Origin: the human T2T-CHM13v2.0 reference genome, Homo sapiens | DNA length: 64,000 nt | Assembly (NCBI RefSeq): GCF_009914755.1 | Contig: NC_060937.1 | Reading direction: 5' to 3' (one strand) | In this document: positions 30,962 through 44,625 of the stretch, in pieces | Numbering within the stretch: the stretch's first letter is position 1 | How the letters are laid out: every line of letters starts with the position of its first letter | The notes under the pieces: generated by a model | What the model saw: only the letters and a program-made list of their open reading frames with translations | Databases searched by the model: none | What the model was told of the DNA's origin: nothing | Program-made: the position numbers and the translations under genes

Positions 30962-33679
30962 GACAACTTGGGTTTTCATACAGCCCAGAGGAACATCTCC
31001 TACTCTTGGTCTGAACTTGAACTGCAGCTGAAAGAATGGTTAAAAGAAGAATCTGAGAGTTGAGTAGTGAGGATCCGATGGGCAGCTAAGGACATTTCTG
31101 CTGGTGAGCACGAAAGTGCCCAAGGCAGGAGTCAGATAAACATCTTTAAGAGATACCAGGTTATTCTTTTCTGTAAAGGTAACCCGCCCTGGTTTTTTTC
31201 CTGTCCACCCAATAAATTTGCAGCAGTCAGTGCACATGGAAAGGCCCTGCTGCAGCCTTGGTTCCCGCCTGGGAACACGCTCCTTTGCGGTGTCATGGTT
31301 TACTCTGGGTTTTGCTTTAATCGTTATCTTAGTCTATTTGTGTCTCTCTCTGACTTGTAGGTTTTAACATGTGCTGACTTAAAGGAAGACAACAGGCTGT
31401 AGACAAGGGGTTGCAGCTCCAGTGCTCTAAGGTCCAGTGAGGTGGGGAAGTGGGGGGAGTGGCCCAGGCGATTGGGAGGGTGGGGACTCATGGGGGCAGC
31501 TCTGGGGACAGTGGAATTCATGCACAAGTGCACATCCCATATGGACAGATGGCCCTATTTTTAAAGACAAGTCAGAAATTCATATTTTATGTGAACTTTT
31601 CCTATTTTTAAATGTGCCTAACCAATTTAAAAGAGATTTAAACCATTTTGCAGCTCAAACACATTTCTGCAAGCCAGGCACAGCCCCCACACCGGGTCGG
31701 AGGACCATCTGTTCATTAGGAAACCTGTGTGGAACCTGTTTCCACACCTGGTAATAACCCTTCAGATGAAAACACTTTGCATTTAGATGTGGTAAGCATC
31801 TTGCCAAACCCCACTTCTGAAAATTCTGTAAACTCTTCCCACCTGCCTAAAGATGCCCTGGTGTGGCGCTCACCAGCCTGTCTGGCAGATGAGATAATTA
31901 ACTCGAGGAAGCCTCTGCATGCAGGTCTCCTGGGCTGAAAGAGCACTGTGGATGGAACGCATGGCCCCTCCCTGCACACATGAAAAGGTAAGCTTGCAGC
32001 TCCTGGGAAGCAGGTGGGCCTGGGCCTCATCTCAGCCTCAGGCGGTCCAGCTGGCTCTACTGGACATTGAAATCCCAGGGGCTCTGGGACTGGAGGGATC
32101 AGGGCAGATTTTCTGCAGGTGCATGCCAGCGTTCTCTATCTTCGTGTGATAGGAAATGGAAGGAGAAATGGAGGGCGGTTCTAACAACAGGCAGGAAGCC
32201 AAGGAAATGCTGCAGCTCAGATGGGATTTTTGCACGTCTCACTCCTCTCTTTACCTCTTTGCATTCGGAATTCCCAGAGACACTTGGCAAGGAAAACGGC
32301 ACTTTTCAGCTAGCATTGATATCACTGTTGGGTGATTATTGATATTCATATGCAAACCTGGAGATCTTTAGAGAAGGAAACGAGTACATAAAATAATCCA
32401 CAACTTGGAGCTCAGATGCAGATCAGCGCCAGACCTTGGCTGAGATGCACGGAACCGCATTTAGGTCGTGTTGGTGGTGAAGCGCCTCCATCTCCCGGCA
32501 AAACGCGGCTTCACTCTTCACGCTGAGAATTTTTGACTGAAATGTGTGGTCTTAACCAATTCTATTCAGTTTCATTTAACTTACTTTTGTCCATAAATGG
32601 GGTAGAAAAGCTCCCCCAAAAATGAATTTATAAAAGCTTCTGAGTATCTGACCTATTACATTTAGAAATAGAGTCACATTCGAAGACACTAAGGACTAAG
32701 GACTTCCACACATGAATTGGAGGGAATGCAATTCAACCCATAACAACGGTATAATTATTATTGGCATAGAAGAGAAACCTAATCCTTGCCCCATTGATCA
32801 GTCGCTCCAAAAAATTTTTGGAGCAGTGACAATTTGTCATTATTTATTTTTTATTTCCTAGCAACACTTCACAAAACACACCTGCAGGGCAGTTTGACCT
32901 ATCAATAAAACTAATTGAAATTATCTGTGTCTTAGAAAATTTGCAGTGCTTATTTGAGATGACTTGGAGACAGGAACCACTCCAGCTCACCATGGAAATC
33001 CTACTGGATATCACTGGCCTGGAAACAGCTTAATGTTTCTGAGCAAGAAAACGGACGTGAACATTAGGTTTACACAGATTCCTTGAGGCTCCACCTTTGG
33101 AGAGGCTTGCATCTATCTAGGTCTAGAGAGAATTAAAATAGAAATGAGCTGAGACAGCCACGGGGCCCCTGTGATCTGGACAGCGCTGTGACTCCCATGT
33201 AGACAGCCCTAGGCAACCGTGTCCATACAGAGGAGAGACCCAAGGCTTGGGTCATCCATGAGTGATTGGCACTTCTGGTTTGGACCAAAAGCTGTAAGCA
33301 CTGCTGCATCTAGGAGATATTCAGGCTGAGGTCTGACCTCCTGGGGCTCTCCCTGCACCCACGGCTGTCTGGTTGCACACTCTACAGATTCAGGGATTTG
33401 ACGTCCAGAAATGAAGGTGCAGGACAGTGGTGGAGAATGTGGGCTGACTTCCCACATCCGTTTACCCACAGGGAGCCACATAAGCCAGTAGTTTTGGGCC
33501 CTGTGTGTGCGTGTGTGTGTGTTTGAGAACTTATGTATTCCTATGATCTTTTGTTTCAAGATAACCAAAGAAAAATGATTCCTTACCTGTTTCTCGTCAC
33601 CAGCCTGTGGACAATCCATGACATTTTACCCTAGGTAGTTCCTTCTTTGCTAATTCTCCCTATCTTCCTAGAAAGGATA

Positions 33680-34830
33680 GTTCATTCACTCATTTGTCAA
33701 GTATTTATTGAGGTTTTCTGTATGCAAAGCATTATGACAGAAACTATGGATGTGAAAAGGGTGATTAAGTCATAGACCCTGCTTTTAATTAATCGATAAT
33801 CTCCTAAAGGAAGTTACCCAAAAGACTATGAATACAAGCAAAAATTTACACCAAAAAAGGTGTGTTCTGCAGTTGCGTAAGATTCTATAAATATCAGTTA
33901 GATTGAGGTAGCCGATAGCGTTGTCCGGATCTTCCACGTCCTCACTGACTGTTCACCTAGTTGGTCTACCAATTACTGTGAAAGAGACGTGAAAATCTCC
34001 AACTATAAATGTGAGTTCTTCTATTTCTTCCTTTAATTTTTTTAATGTTTGCTTCATGTATGTGGAAACTCTTCTTAAGCATCCGCACATTTATGACGGT
34101 CATGTCTTCTTGATAAGTGACTTTCACTGCTACGAAACATCTCTCTCTACGTCTGACAGTACTCATTGTCTTGTGGTCTATTATCTGAGCCACTGCAGAT
34201 TTCTACCACCATCTGCAGGGTAGAGCTTTTAATGTCTTGTTACTACCAACCTAGTCATGTTTCTATACCTACAATGCATATATTGCAGACAGTGTGGACT
34301 TAGACTGGGCACTGGAAGCACCACTATGGGAATTTGGAAAATTGAAATTAGAGACCCTTTGATGAAAAGGCAGCATTTAAAGTCATTGGGATAGATGGGC
34401 TCGTGGCAGGTTGGAGAGTGCAGAAAGAAAAGTATTACAGGAAGGACCCTGGGGAGGTCCCAACATGTAAGAGATGGACGAATGCAGGGAATGCCACTGA
34501 AATCAGGGAGGCAAGAACATCAAGAAGAAAGAAGCGACTGATGGTGTAAAATACGTACAAGAGTTTCGGTAGAATGAGGACTTGGGAGAAAGTCAGTTTT
34601 GACACAGCTCATTGTTCCTAATCTATCATCTGAGCCACTCCGGATTTCTGATAGCATCCATATGGTCTATTTTTTAATATCTTTTAATTGTTCTACTAAG
34701 CTCTTTTTGCATTTTTTCCTGATTGCTATAAAGTTAGCAACATCAGTTTGTAATTTCCCACTGTCTACTTAGTTATTGTCGTGCCACTTTACGTAAAACA
34801 TAAAACAACTTTACCATCACATATTTTTAT
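33680..34830 (-). mobile_element. Interleaved L2 and old L1M fragments
   Basis: L2 3' end TTCATTCACTCATTTGTCAAGTATTTATTGAG. L1 endonuclease remnant (ORF 33966-34193, YQEDMTVINV). L2-like text at 34290-34600. Confidence 0.55.
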
Positions 34831-34970
34831 TTATTTCTGGCAGTCATCCTATGGCCATGAGATAAATCAACCTTGGATGACATTAACCTTACAAGCAGAG
34901 GGAGAAATAGGTCTATCGAGGTCTACAGTAACCTAATGGAATGCTGAACCAACCCGAACTAAGTCTAGGC

Positions 34971-35167
34971 TTTTTTTTTTTTTAGACAGGGTCTCTCTCT
35001 GGGACTACAGGCGCGTGCCACTACACCCCGCTAATTTTTGTATTTTTTGTAGAGACGGGGTTTCACCATGTTGCCGAGGCTGATCTCAAACTCCTGGGCT
35101 CTAGCAATCTGCCCACCTTGGCCACCCAAAGTGCTGGGATTACAGGCGTGAGCTACCCCATCCAGCC
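34971..35167 (-). mobile_element. AluJb with an internal right-arm deletion, inside an MLT1-like LTR remnant (about 34830-35262)
   Basis: GGGTCTCTCTCTG is joined directly to GGACTACAGG. TSD AGTCTAGGCTT/AGTTTAGACTT. Confidence 0.85.
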
Positions 35168-35613
35168 AGTTTAGACTTCTTGTTGGTAAGATAATGAATA
35201 TCTTATTGCTTAAACCACTTATAGTCAGGGTTTTTCACGATTTGCAGCCAACCTGCTGTAACTGACAGAAGCAGCCTCTTCTTCACTGCGGAGTCACTCA
35301 GTACTGAGAATACTAGACGTGCTGACTCAGACAGAGCAGAGTGAGGGGAGGGGCACATCTCAGGGAAAGCCTTGGGAAGGCAGACCACCGTGCTCAACGT
35401 GACCCCTCTTCTGCCTGGGACTCTTAGCACTTTGCACATAACGTTTAAGCATAACAGTATTTTTTCAGAGTATAAGATGCTCTTTTTCACCCTTTTTGCT
35501 CTAAATAGTTCAAGAGAAAATAGGCATACTTTTGCCCTGTAACACTTTGCTTCACATGATTTTGGAAGACAGCAGGGTACAAACAAGCCTTGTCCTATTT
35601 AGTCTTTGTCCTA

Positions 35614-36037
<424 letters not shown>

Positions 36038-36059
36038 TCACAACCCTTTACCAGCCTAC

Positions 36060-36760
36060 GTTAAAAGAAAGGCATACTCCCTCCTCTTCCTCACTTCTCA
36101 GTCATGTCTCAACTCCGAGAAGTGTGACTTCTGATGCATCATGGAATGGAAACCACACTCTTTAAGAGCACTAATCACTTCTCAATTCACCAATCCAATT
36201 GGCTTCTCTTTCGAGTCCTTGTTCTGCTTAAACTCTTCTCCATATTTTACACCATCAGCCTCTCCTTTCTTCTCGATGTTCTCTCCTCCCTGATTTCCAT
36301 GACATTCCCTGCGTTCGCCCATCTCTTACATGTTGGACCTCCCCTGGGTCCTTCCTATAATACTTTTCCTTCTGCACTCTCCACATCCCATAAGCCCATC
36401 TATCCCAATGACTTGAAATATGAATACCACCTTTTCATCAATGGGTCTCTCATTTCAATTTTCCAAATTCCCATCGTGGCGTTTCCAACTCCCAATCAAA
36501 CATCTTCGTTTGTTTACCCTGAGAGACTTCAAGCATAATATGTCCCAAGCTGAATGTTTGTTTGGGGACACATTATCTATTCCCTCTCCTGCTCTCCTTC
36601 CCAAATCTGTTTTTCCTCCCCAGTTCCCTCTCCTCTTACCTACTTGTCCAAACTCGAAATTCATAACTATAAATGTCTACTCTCTTTATTCCCCAAATCC
36701 ACCTGCTCACTGAGGCCTTTTGATTCTGTTTATGATATTGTCCCACACTTTGCATCATTG
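36060..36760 (+). mobile_element. L2 fragment
   Basis: GACTTCAAGCATAATATGTCCCAAGCTGAA and pyrimidine-rich L2 ORF2 text. Confidence 0.6.
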
Positions 36761-38350
36761 GTCATGGGGCACACGGGGACCTGGGCTGGGCTTGAGGAGA
36801 GGAGGGTTAAGCCCTGGGGGTTGGGGCAGTGGCACACTTGCCTCTCTCCACAGTGGCCAGGAGACTTGGTCCCCAGGATGAGAAGGAACCATGTCTGTGC
36901 CCAATCCAGGTGGAATATGTCATCTGAGGCTGCCTTTCCACCCAGAGGGTCAGAAGTGGCCTGGGGCTCTGTCACCCGAGGGTGTGGTTGAACACTGAAC
37001 ATCCGGGGGATCAGTCCCTGTTTGCCTGGACACCTGAAGTGGCTGAATCCATTCAGAGTCCAGGTCCACAGGGGAAGTGAGGCTGCGGCTGGGACCCATC
37101 CAGCCTGGTGTTAGGCACTCAGCAAACTAGAGGAGGGGCTGGCACTAGCAGGGTTCATCAGGCTTTAGCATCAGTGCCTTTTCCTTTAAAGAAAGGTCAC
37201 GTGGAACTCACCCTCAGCAGATAAGACAGGCCCCGAGGATGAAATGGGTGTGGAGCTCATGCCCCCTTGGCAATCTGACGCACCCTGACACAGAACAGGC
37301 GGTCGGTGAGTGCATGCTAAAGGCCATGACTGAGGGTGGTGTCCTACGCTGCCAATGTGCCTGCAGCCAAACAGTCCCTCCTCTAGTTTCCAGAACTTTC
37401 CAGTAAAATATACATGGGCCTCCAAGGAAGCACAGTGGTGAAAATGTTCTCTTACATGACTGCACAGTCAGCAGTGTTCGTGACTGTATACATCTGTTGA
37501 AACTCATCAATTTATGTTCTTAAAGTTGGTATGTGTATGTAAATGATATGTCAGTCAAATTGATCCCCCCCAGAATAAAAGAGCCTGGTGTTTATGACAT
37601 TTGGAAGCTGAAAAGAAGTAAACATTTTAATACTTTTAATTAGCAACAGTAAAAACACGGGAAAAAAAGTCTTAATGGCTGTAAACAAATATGACTGAGT
37701 TGTCATGAAGTGTGGGATTCACACCCTATCTCCCTTCCTTCTGCTCCACGTTCAAATGACAGTATTGAACATATTGAAAGTATTGTCATCTAAATCTTGA
37801 CCAAGTCCGCCCCCTTTGGCATCTCCGCTGTGGCTTCCCTGTGAGGACACAACCCCCTGCGTGGCCTCCCTTGGTCCCTCTCTGTTGCGCTGCTCTCCAG
37901 CGCACTGTCCCACGCCCTGAGTGTGTAGCGTCTGGAGGACGCGTGTGTCCCTGGGGTTTCTGTGCTCGTCATGGATGACAGCACAGAGTCCATGTCACGT
38001 GAAGACCCATGTTCAGCCTCTTCCTGCCCTCCAGGCCCATCCTCTGCACACACCCTCCCCTGGGGAAGGCCCTGAGGCTCTGGGGCCAGATGGCTGGGCA
38101 GTGAATCATCTTGTGGCCTCAATATCTCGTCTGCAAAACGGGTACCATGGTGATAAGTGACAGCAGCAACAACAACAACAAGAAAAACACACCAGGGTTT
38201 CAGGAGGGCCACGTGAATTAATATGAGCATGTTCAATTTACAGTAGTGCCTGCATCTTCTATGAGCTCAATATTGTGGGCCAGTGTTGTTTCTCATGATT
38301 TCTTGCCTCACAGCTTAAACTTCAGCAATTATAGAAATACTTGTTTGCTC

Positions 38351-38868
38351 CAGCACACACATACAAACACACATACACACCATGCACACACACACCACAC
38401 ACACACCATACACACATACACACCATGCATGTGGACACGCACACACATGCACATACACATACATGTGCACACACATACGTCACATATACACACATACACA
38501 GCACGCAGACGCACACACACCATACACATACACACACATATACATGGCATGCACATAGACACACATGCACATACACCATATACTCGTGTACACATGCAAT
38601 ACATATACACACATACGCAGCACGCACGTGCACACACACCACACACATACACACACATACACATCATGCGCATAGACACACACACATACACCACGTACAC
38701 ATGTACACACACACTACATATACACACATACGCAGCACACACACACACACACCATGAACATACACACACATATACACATCATGTGCATAGACACACACGC
38801 ACATACACCACATACACGTGTACACATGCACCACATATACACACATATGCAGCATGCACACACACATA
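38351..38868. repeat. Degenerate (CA)n minisatellite with about 115-124-bp higher-order period
   Basis: CATG...GACAC anchor recurs at 38424, 38548, 38665 and 38780. Confidence 0.9.
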
Positions 38869-39049
38869 CCCCCAGCCTCACCTCTGCTCCTCTGTCCCCT
38901 GGCCAGATACTGCCCTCTTGGCTGCCTGAGTCCTGGGTGCTCACAGCTCAGGACTCCTTCACAAGATGCTCCTCTGCCTCTCTCCGAGCTGAGTTAGGGA
39001 CCCCTCTGTGCTCCGGGAATAAAGTGGGTCTGCTCTGCGTGGCCCCCGC

Positions 39050-41010
39050 ACACTGGATAAAATGATGCGTGTTGACGGAATCCTGGCACTTGGAGGGGGG
39101 CGTGCATGCAGGTCCTGGAGAGGCAGGGGCACAGTCTGCGTCCTCGGCAGGGGGCCCCTCTATGAACAAACGTGGGCTCTGTTACACTCCCGGGGCCCCC
39201 TCTATGAACAAACGTGGGCTCTGTTACACTCCCGGGGCCCCCTCTATGAACAAACGTGGGCTCTGTTACACTCCCGGGGCCCCCTCTATGAACAAACGTG
39301 GGCTCTGTTACACTCCCGGGGCCCCCACTATGAACAAACGTGGGCTCTGTTACACTCCCGGGGCCCCCTCTATGAACAAACGTGGGCTCTGTTACACTCC
39401 CGGGGCCCCCTCTATGAACAAACGTGGGTTCTGTTACACTCCCGGGGTGCCCCAGCACTCCCTGCATCTACATCTGCAGCCAGGCCAACCCCAGTAGGGC
39501 CTGCGAGGAGGGGCCATGCCAAAGGGACCATGTGACTCTTCCCATCTGCACGACGGGAGTGGGGAATCTTCATGGGGGTGGACAGTGAGGGCATGGGGTG
39601 ATGGTGGGTGATGCTGAGCCAGGCTGAACCCATGGGTGTGTGTTCACTATGTGGGGATTGCAGAATCCGTGTTCTAGTTTAAGGCAGAAAGGGCTCTGGG
39701 GCTTGCTGGCTAAAACATGGGCCTAGGGGTGCCCCGTCCTAAATGAAGTCAGTGTGTAACCTGCCTTGGGATGCTGTGGAAGAAACTGCAGCTCACAGCA
39801 GTGAGGGGAGAGGATGCTGTGAAAGAAGCTGCAGCTCACAGCAGCAAGGGGAGAGTGGACCAGCAGAGAGGATTGCCATGCAAGACTTGCTTATCCTGGG
39901 AGAGTCTGGAAACCCTACCTGACTGTGATAGCAAACCTGGGAGGGGATCTACACCCTTGCAGAGCTCTTCTCTGCAGCCCAGACCTCACAGTCAGAGCCA
40001 CAGCCACCGCCGGAAAGCTAAGGGCAGCGAGAACCATCAGAACATGGTTTCAAGGTGGGGTGGTGCCCACAGGCACAGCAGAGGCCAAGCAGCAGCCAGG
40101 GGAGGATGGCTCCCAGGGCCCCGTGGCCTTGGCTGGTGATGGTGGTGTTCCTAGAAGGGAAACGGAGGGAAGCCTACTCAATTCCTTCTTGATCTACATA
40201 AACAGAGAAGGTCTAGGCCAAGTGAATGAAAGCCTACTCTGAATCATAAAAGCAGAGTGTTGCTGCCCCTAAAACAATTCCCAAACAGACTTGAGCCAGC
40301 TGACAGATCCAGAGCCCTCAAAGAAGAAGCCCAAGGAAGGACCCCACTCTCTTCCCAGAGTTTGTATTGTTACTCTTTCTCCCAGACCCCCCAAAAGGGA
40401 CAGCCTTTCACCCACGTCACTGTGCACGGGAAAGGAAATAATCAGAACTTTCCAGGGCTATTGGACTCTGGTTCTTAACTGACTCTGATTCCAGAAGGAC
40501 CAAAATGTCTGTGGCCCCCAATCAGAGTAGGGGCTTATGGAGGTCAGGTGGTCACTGAAGCCTTAGCTCCAGTCTGTCTCCCAGCGGGCCCAGTAGATCC
40601 CCATCTTGTGGCTCCTTCCCCAGGTCTGGGGAGCATAAGTGAAACAGACACACTCAGCAGCCAACAGAACCCCCTCCTACCCCTGGCTGTTCCCAGCATA
40701 ACGTAGTACACAAACTATGCTCTCAGAAGCACTGTGGAATAGAAGAGCCATCTAAAGAGTAATGATATTATTGAACACGGTGCGAGCACCAGGGGTCCGC
40801 TCACTGGGTTTGTGTTTGCAGCTGGTGGTGTGGTTCTGACTACCGGCCATGGCTCTGGCCCATCCTGCTGTCCTGCTCTTGCTCAACGGGACCACGTGCA
40901 ACAGGGGCACCTCCTGGGCCTCTGCAGACTTGGTTCTGGTGGGACAGCTGTCCCATCATAAGCTGCAGCTGTCGCAGCTGCTCTCACTCCCACATCCCTG
41001 GCACATGACC
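39050..41010 (+). mobile_element. ERVL-class internal remnant (gag, protease, start of RT)
   Basis: PFTHVTVHGKGNNQNFPGLLDSGS (aspartic protease LLD[T/S]G motif, ORF 40257-40478) followed by CAGAGTAGGGGCTTATGGAGGTCAGG. gag-like TGGTGTTCCTAGAAG...GACTTGAGCCAG upstream. Confidence 0.8.
39150..39447. repeat. 42-bp VNTR, 7 near-identical copies
   Basis: Unit GGGGCCCCCTCTATGAACAAACGTGGGCTCTGTTACACTCCC. TATG anchor at 39161, 39203, 39245, 39287, 39329, 39371 and 39413. Confidence 0.97.
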
Positions 41011-42076
41011 CTTCCATTCATGTTTTAGGATTCTTCACTAAGACCCCAAACAGCCCCCGGTTAACTTAGGTCACCTTGGAACACTTGGTGCACTTTCTTC
41101 CTCAAGTATGTGTTGAGAGAAGATTCGGAGACATGACTTCATTGGTGCTTCCGTTTTCTCTATTTACTGGGTCTCTTTGTTTTGATGTGGGGGTGTCACC
41201 CCATATTTTTAGAACGAAGTCCACATGACAATGACTCACCCCTTTTAAGCTCCCCTTGTGGCAGCACAGGGCTCAGCCATCTTTTACTTCATCTCACTGC
41301 CTTAAGAGTAAGCAGAAATTTGAAACTGAAAGATGTTGATTATAACAGTTTATTTGCTATTTCCTTCTTGCTCCATAAAATGGAAACCACTGCATTGAAT
41401 CTCTTTACTTGTCCAGTCACCTGTATTTATGCAACTGCATTTCATATCAAATATGAAATAAATGATCCAAGATGCCCCTAGATGATTCTACAGTCAAATT
41501 CAGAAATTATCTTGCTAACTCTTGCATTAAAATAAACTGAAGACCAGGCAGTAGTGAATTGCCTCAGATTACATAAAATATGACATAATATTATTAATTT
41601 TTAAGACACTTAATTTACACGAGAAATAAGAAAAGAAAAGTGAGAACTGAAAAGGGAAGTGCAAGGCACAATGGGAGTAAAACATGGGCTGGTGAGGGCA
41701 CAGCCAGGCCACCTCGCCCACCCTCTAGTCCACAGCCCCACAGGCTGGGCCACCTCGCCCACTGTCTTGTCCACAGCTCTGGCTCTGCACTCAGCATGCA
41801 GTAGGTCCTCAATCAGGACTCGTTAAATGATCACTAAGTAAACAGACAACAGAACACAAGCCCAGTCACCACTTTGGTTGCTTTTGTTCATGAATTGACT
41901 GTACATGAAATAGAAAATAATATCTATTATCTATGTACAGGAAAATACCAATTCATTGTCAAAATCTGGTTGTAAACATAGAAATGAGGTAAGAAAATGC
42001 AAAGTATGGCATGATGAATCTAAGCTCTGTGTCTATATCTTCTCTACTTTGTTATTTAAAATATGAGTTTCACCAT

Positions 42077-42387
<311 letters not shown>

Positions 42388-42723
42388 TCACAATATGTAC
42401 AGTTAGGGAGACCCAGGTAAACATGCTGATGCTGGAACAAGAACGAGCCTCAGAAAAGTGGAGTCCTGTGGTTCTCTGTCTTCATCAGAAAAAGAGGACA
42501 GTGTATTTATTTTTTAAATCAATAAGTTCCTAATAAAATTGAGAGGACTGAGGGTCTTTTTCTTTCCCTTTAGATAAATGGCAAAGTCATTGTAGGGGAA
42601 CAGACTGGCTCCCACGTGAGTCAGGGAGGACAGTAGACAAGGGACCAGGCAGTGCCCTGGGGCAGGTCGGGATGCAGAGAGTCACTCCCTGAAAACCTGG
42701 AAAGAGGATCTAGGGCAGAGCTC

Positions 42724-42780
42724 CTGTGGGCTACCTCTGGTACCGTGGGCTAGCTCTGGCCCCGTGGGCTAGCTCTGGCA
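42724..42780. repeat. 19-bp tandem triplication
   Basis: CTGTGGGCTACCTCTGGTA / CCGTGGGCTAGCTCTGGCC / CCGTGGGCTAGCTCTGGCA. Confidence 0.85.
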
Positions 42781-43353
42781 CCTTGCTACCTCAGCTTGCT
42801 CCACGCACACACTCTCAAACAGCAGAAGGCACAGCTAGCCAGGTGGGAGAGATGGCGTGTTTGTGGAAGGCGTCCACATGAAGAGTGGTAGTGATAAGTC
42901 GACATGCAGCAATGTCCAGTCCATAAAAAGGATATGCATGTCCATCAGTGAGCACATCCTTGTCAAAACATTTTCAGCAGAAGTAGAAATGATGTAGGTG
43001 TAGGGACATACTCCACAATATCAGCTCCTAGAAGCATCATGGAGAAATTTCATTAAATACCACCTACAGAAATATGATGGAAAACAGCTATGGGTCTTTG
43101 TAAGCAAATTGACCAGCCCCATGTAAACTTAAGCCTAAGTATTCCAGGGAAGGCAACTGCAGAAAATCCTTTCAAAAGAAAGAAGGCTTCACTGCACAGC
43201 CCTGGAGTTTGTCTACCCTGTTCGCCTCCCTCTTGGGGAACTCTCACCAGTGAGGGCCCTGCTGCATGTGGAGGACTTGGGACTTCAACGGCCTCGTTCC
43301 TTGAGCTCTGTTCTCTTCTCACATTTCCCATTCCACTTGGTCTCTGTGAGTGG

Positions 43354-43660
43354 GTTTTTTTGTTTTTTTGTTTTTTTTTCAGATGGAGTCTCGCTCTGTT
43401 GGCCATGCTGGAGTGTAGTGGCATGATCTTGGCTCACTGAAACCACCACCTCCCAGGTTCAAGTGATTCTACTGCTCAGCCTCCTGAGAAGCTAGGACTA
43501 CAGGCGTGCACCACCAAGTCCGGCTAATTTTTGTATTTTTAGTAGAGATGGGGTTTCGCCATGTTGGCCAGGCTGGTCTTGAACTCCTGACCTCAAGTGA
43601 TCCGCCTGCCTCAGCCTCCCAAAGTGCTGGGATTACAGGCGTGAGCCACCGCGCCTGGCC
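43354..43660 (-). mobile_element. AluS (Sx/Sz-like)
   Basis: Full dimer. TSD CTCTGTGAGTGG at 43342-43353 and 43661-43672. Confidence 0.95.
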
Positions 43661-44428
43661 CTCTGTGAGTGGTTTCACCCACACGTGGCCTGAAGGGTCA
43701 TCTCTCTGCAACTGACTCCCAGCCCCATGTCACCCCGGGGACAATGCAGCAGCATCCCGGTATTTGCAAGTTTCATGTGTATAGAACAATGCGGTCCCGT
43801 CCAGTCACAGTCAGGTTCAGCTGGCCTCAGTGCTGTGACGTGGGCTTCCACAGCAAAAGGGTCCATGTGGAATTACTGGGTGCCAGGCTAGCCATGGGCA
43901 AGGATGACAGAGTGTTTGGGGCCAGTCACCATACACATTTCTAAGGCAGGGCTGCATTAGACTTCTCACCAATTTTGAGAAAATTGGCAATTTTAAGCAC
44001 AGCTCTATGGAACAAATGGTGTTGCAGGTCGTCTTGGTCTCTACACCTGACTTCAGGCTCGTAGGCTGCCGCATCTTGGTTGATACAGCGGCCCCTACCA
44101 CTTCTGCAGAGGCTGCGAGGCCCCCGCAGCTTCTCCACATCTTCCTCTTATGACATCAAGCTGCCCGAGGGGACAAGGCTGGGCTGCCTGGTTCTTTGAC
44201 CCAAAGAGCACTGGTGATGAGGGGACCATGAGAGAAACCGTACTCGCTTTGGTCCTGTCCCCTGGAGATGGAGGCGGAAGGGCAGGATTACAGGGGTGTG
44301 TGTGTGCACATGCATGTGTGTGCGTGTGTGTGCAGGTGTGTGCGTTGTGTGCACCTGTTCATGTGTGTGGAGTAGGGGTGGTAGGGTGCAAAGAGGCCGA
44401 GGTTGCGGGAAAAACCGAAGGACACTCA

Positions 44429-44474
44429 GGGGAGGGGTTTTGGAGCTGGGGAGGGGTGTGGAGCTGGGGCGGGG
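44429..44474 (+). promoter_or_regulatory. G-quadruplex-capable GC-box/KLF cluster
   Basis: Six GGGG runs in three 18-19-bp repeats, including GGGGTGTGG and GGGGCGGGG. Confidence 0.5.
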
Positions 44475-44606
44475 CCGCACCAGCACTGACCTCTAACTGC
44501 ACATTTGACCAGACCTACCCTTGGCGGGTTGCCAGCCATCCAGTTCAGAATTGGGGTGCGCAGTGGGGAAGGGGGGAGAATTCCTGAGCAATTTAATTAT
44601 GCCTGG

Positions 44607-44625
44607 GGTGCCCTCTGGTGGCTCA
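44607..44625 (-). promoter_or_regulatory. Candidate CTCF site
   Basis: Minus strand TGAGCCACCAGAGGGCACC matches the CTCF core CCASYAGRKGGCRS with no mismatch. Confidence 0.6.

Noticed and set aside
38246-38929. 227-aa His/Thr-rich ORF and similar ORFs at 45091-45798 and 9954-10561
   Set aside because: Translations of CA, CATG and TA simple repeats.
39150-39447. CRISPR-like regular repeats (also 46293-46537)
   Set aside because: Head-to-tail units with no unique spacers and no cas genes, in primate DNA: these are VNTRs.
38994-39535. 142-157-aa repeat-peptide ORFs as genes
   Set aside because: Open only because the 42-bp unit lacks stops; no promoter or splice support seen.
41690-41780. Two-copy ~40-bp direct repeat
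   Set aside because: Ordinary small tandem duplication with no evident motif gain.
43959-43987. Short inverted-repeat text around CCAATTTTGAGAAAATTGG
   Set aside because: An 8-bp stem is expected by chance in 64 kb and has no supporting context.
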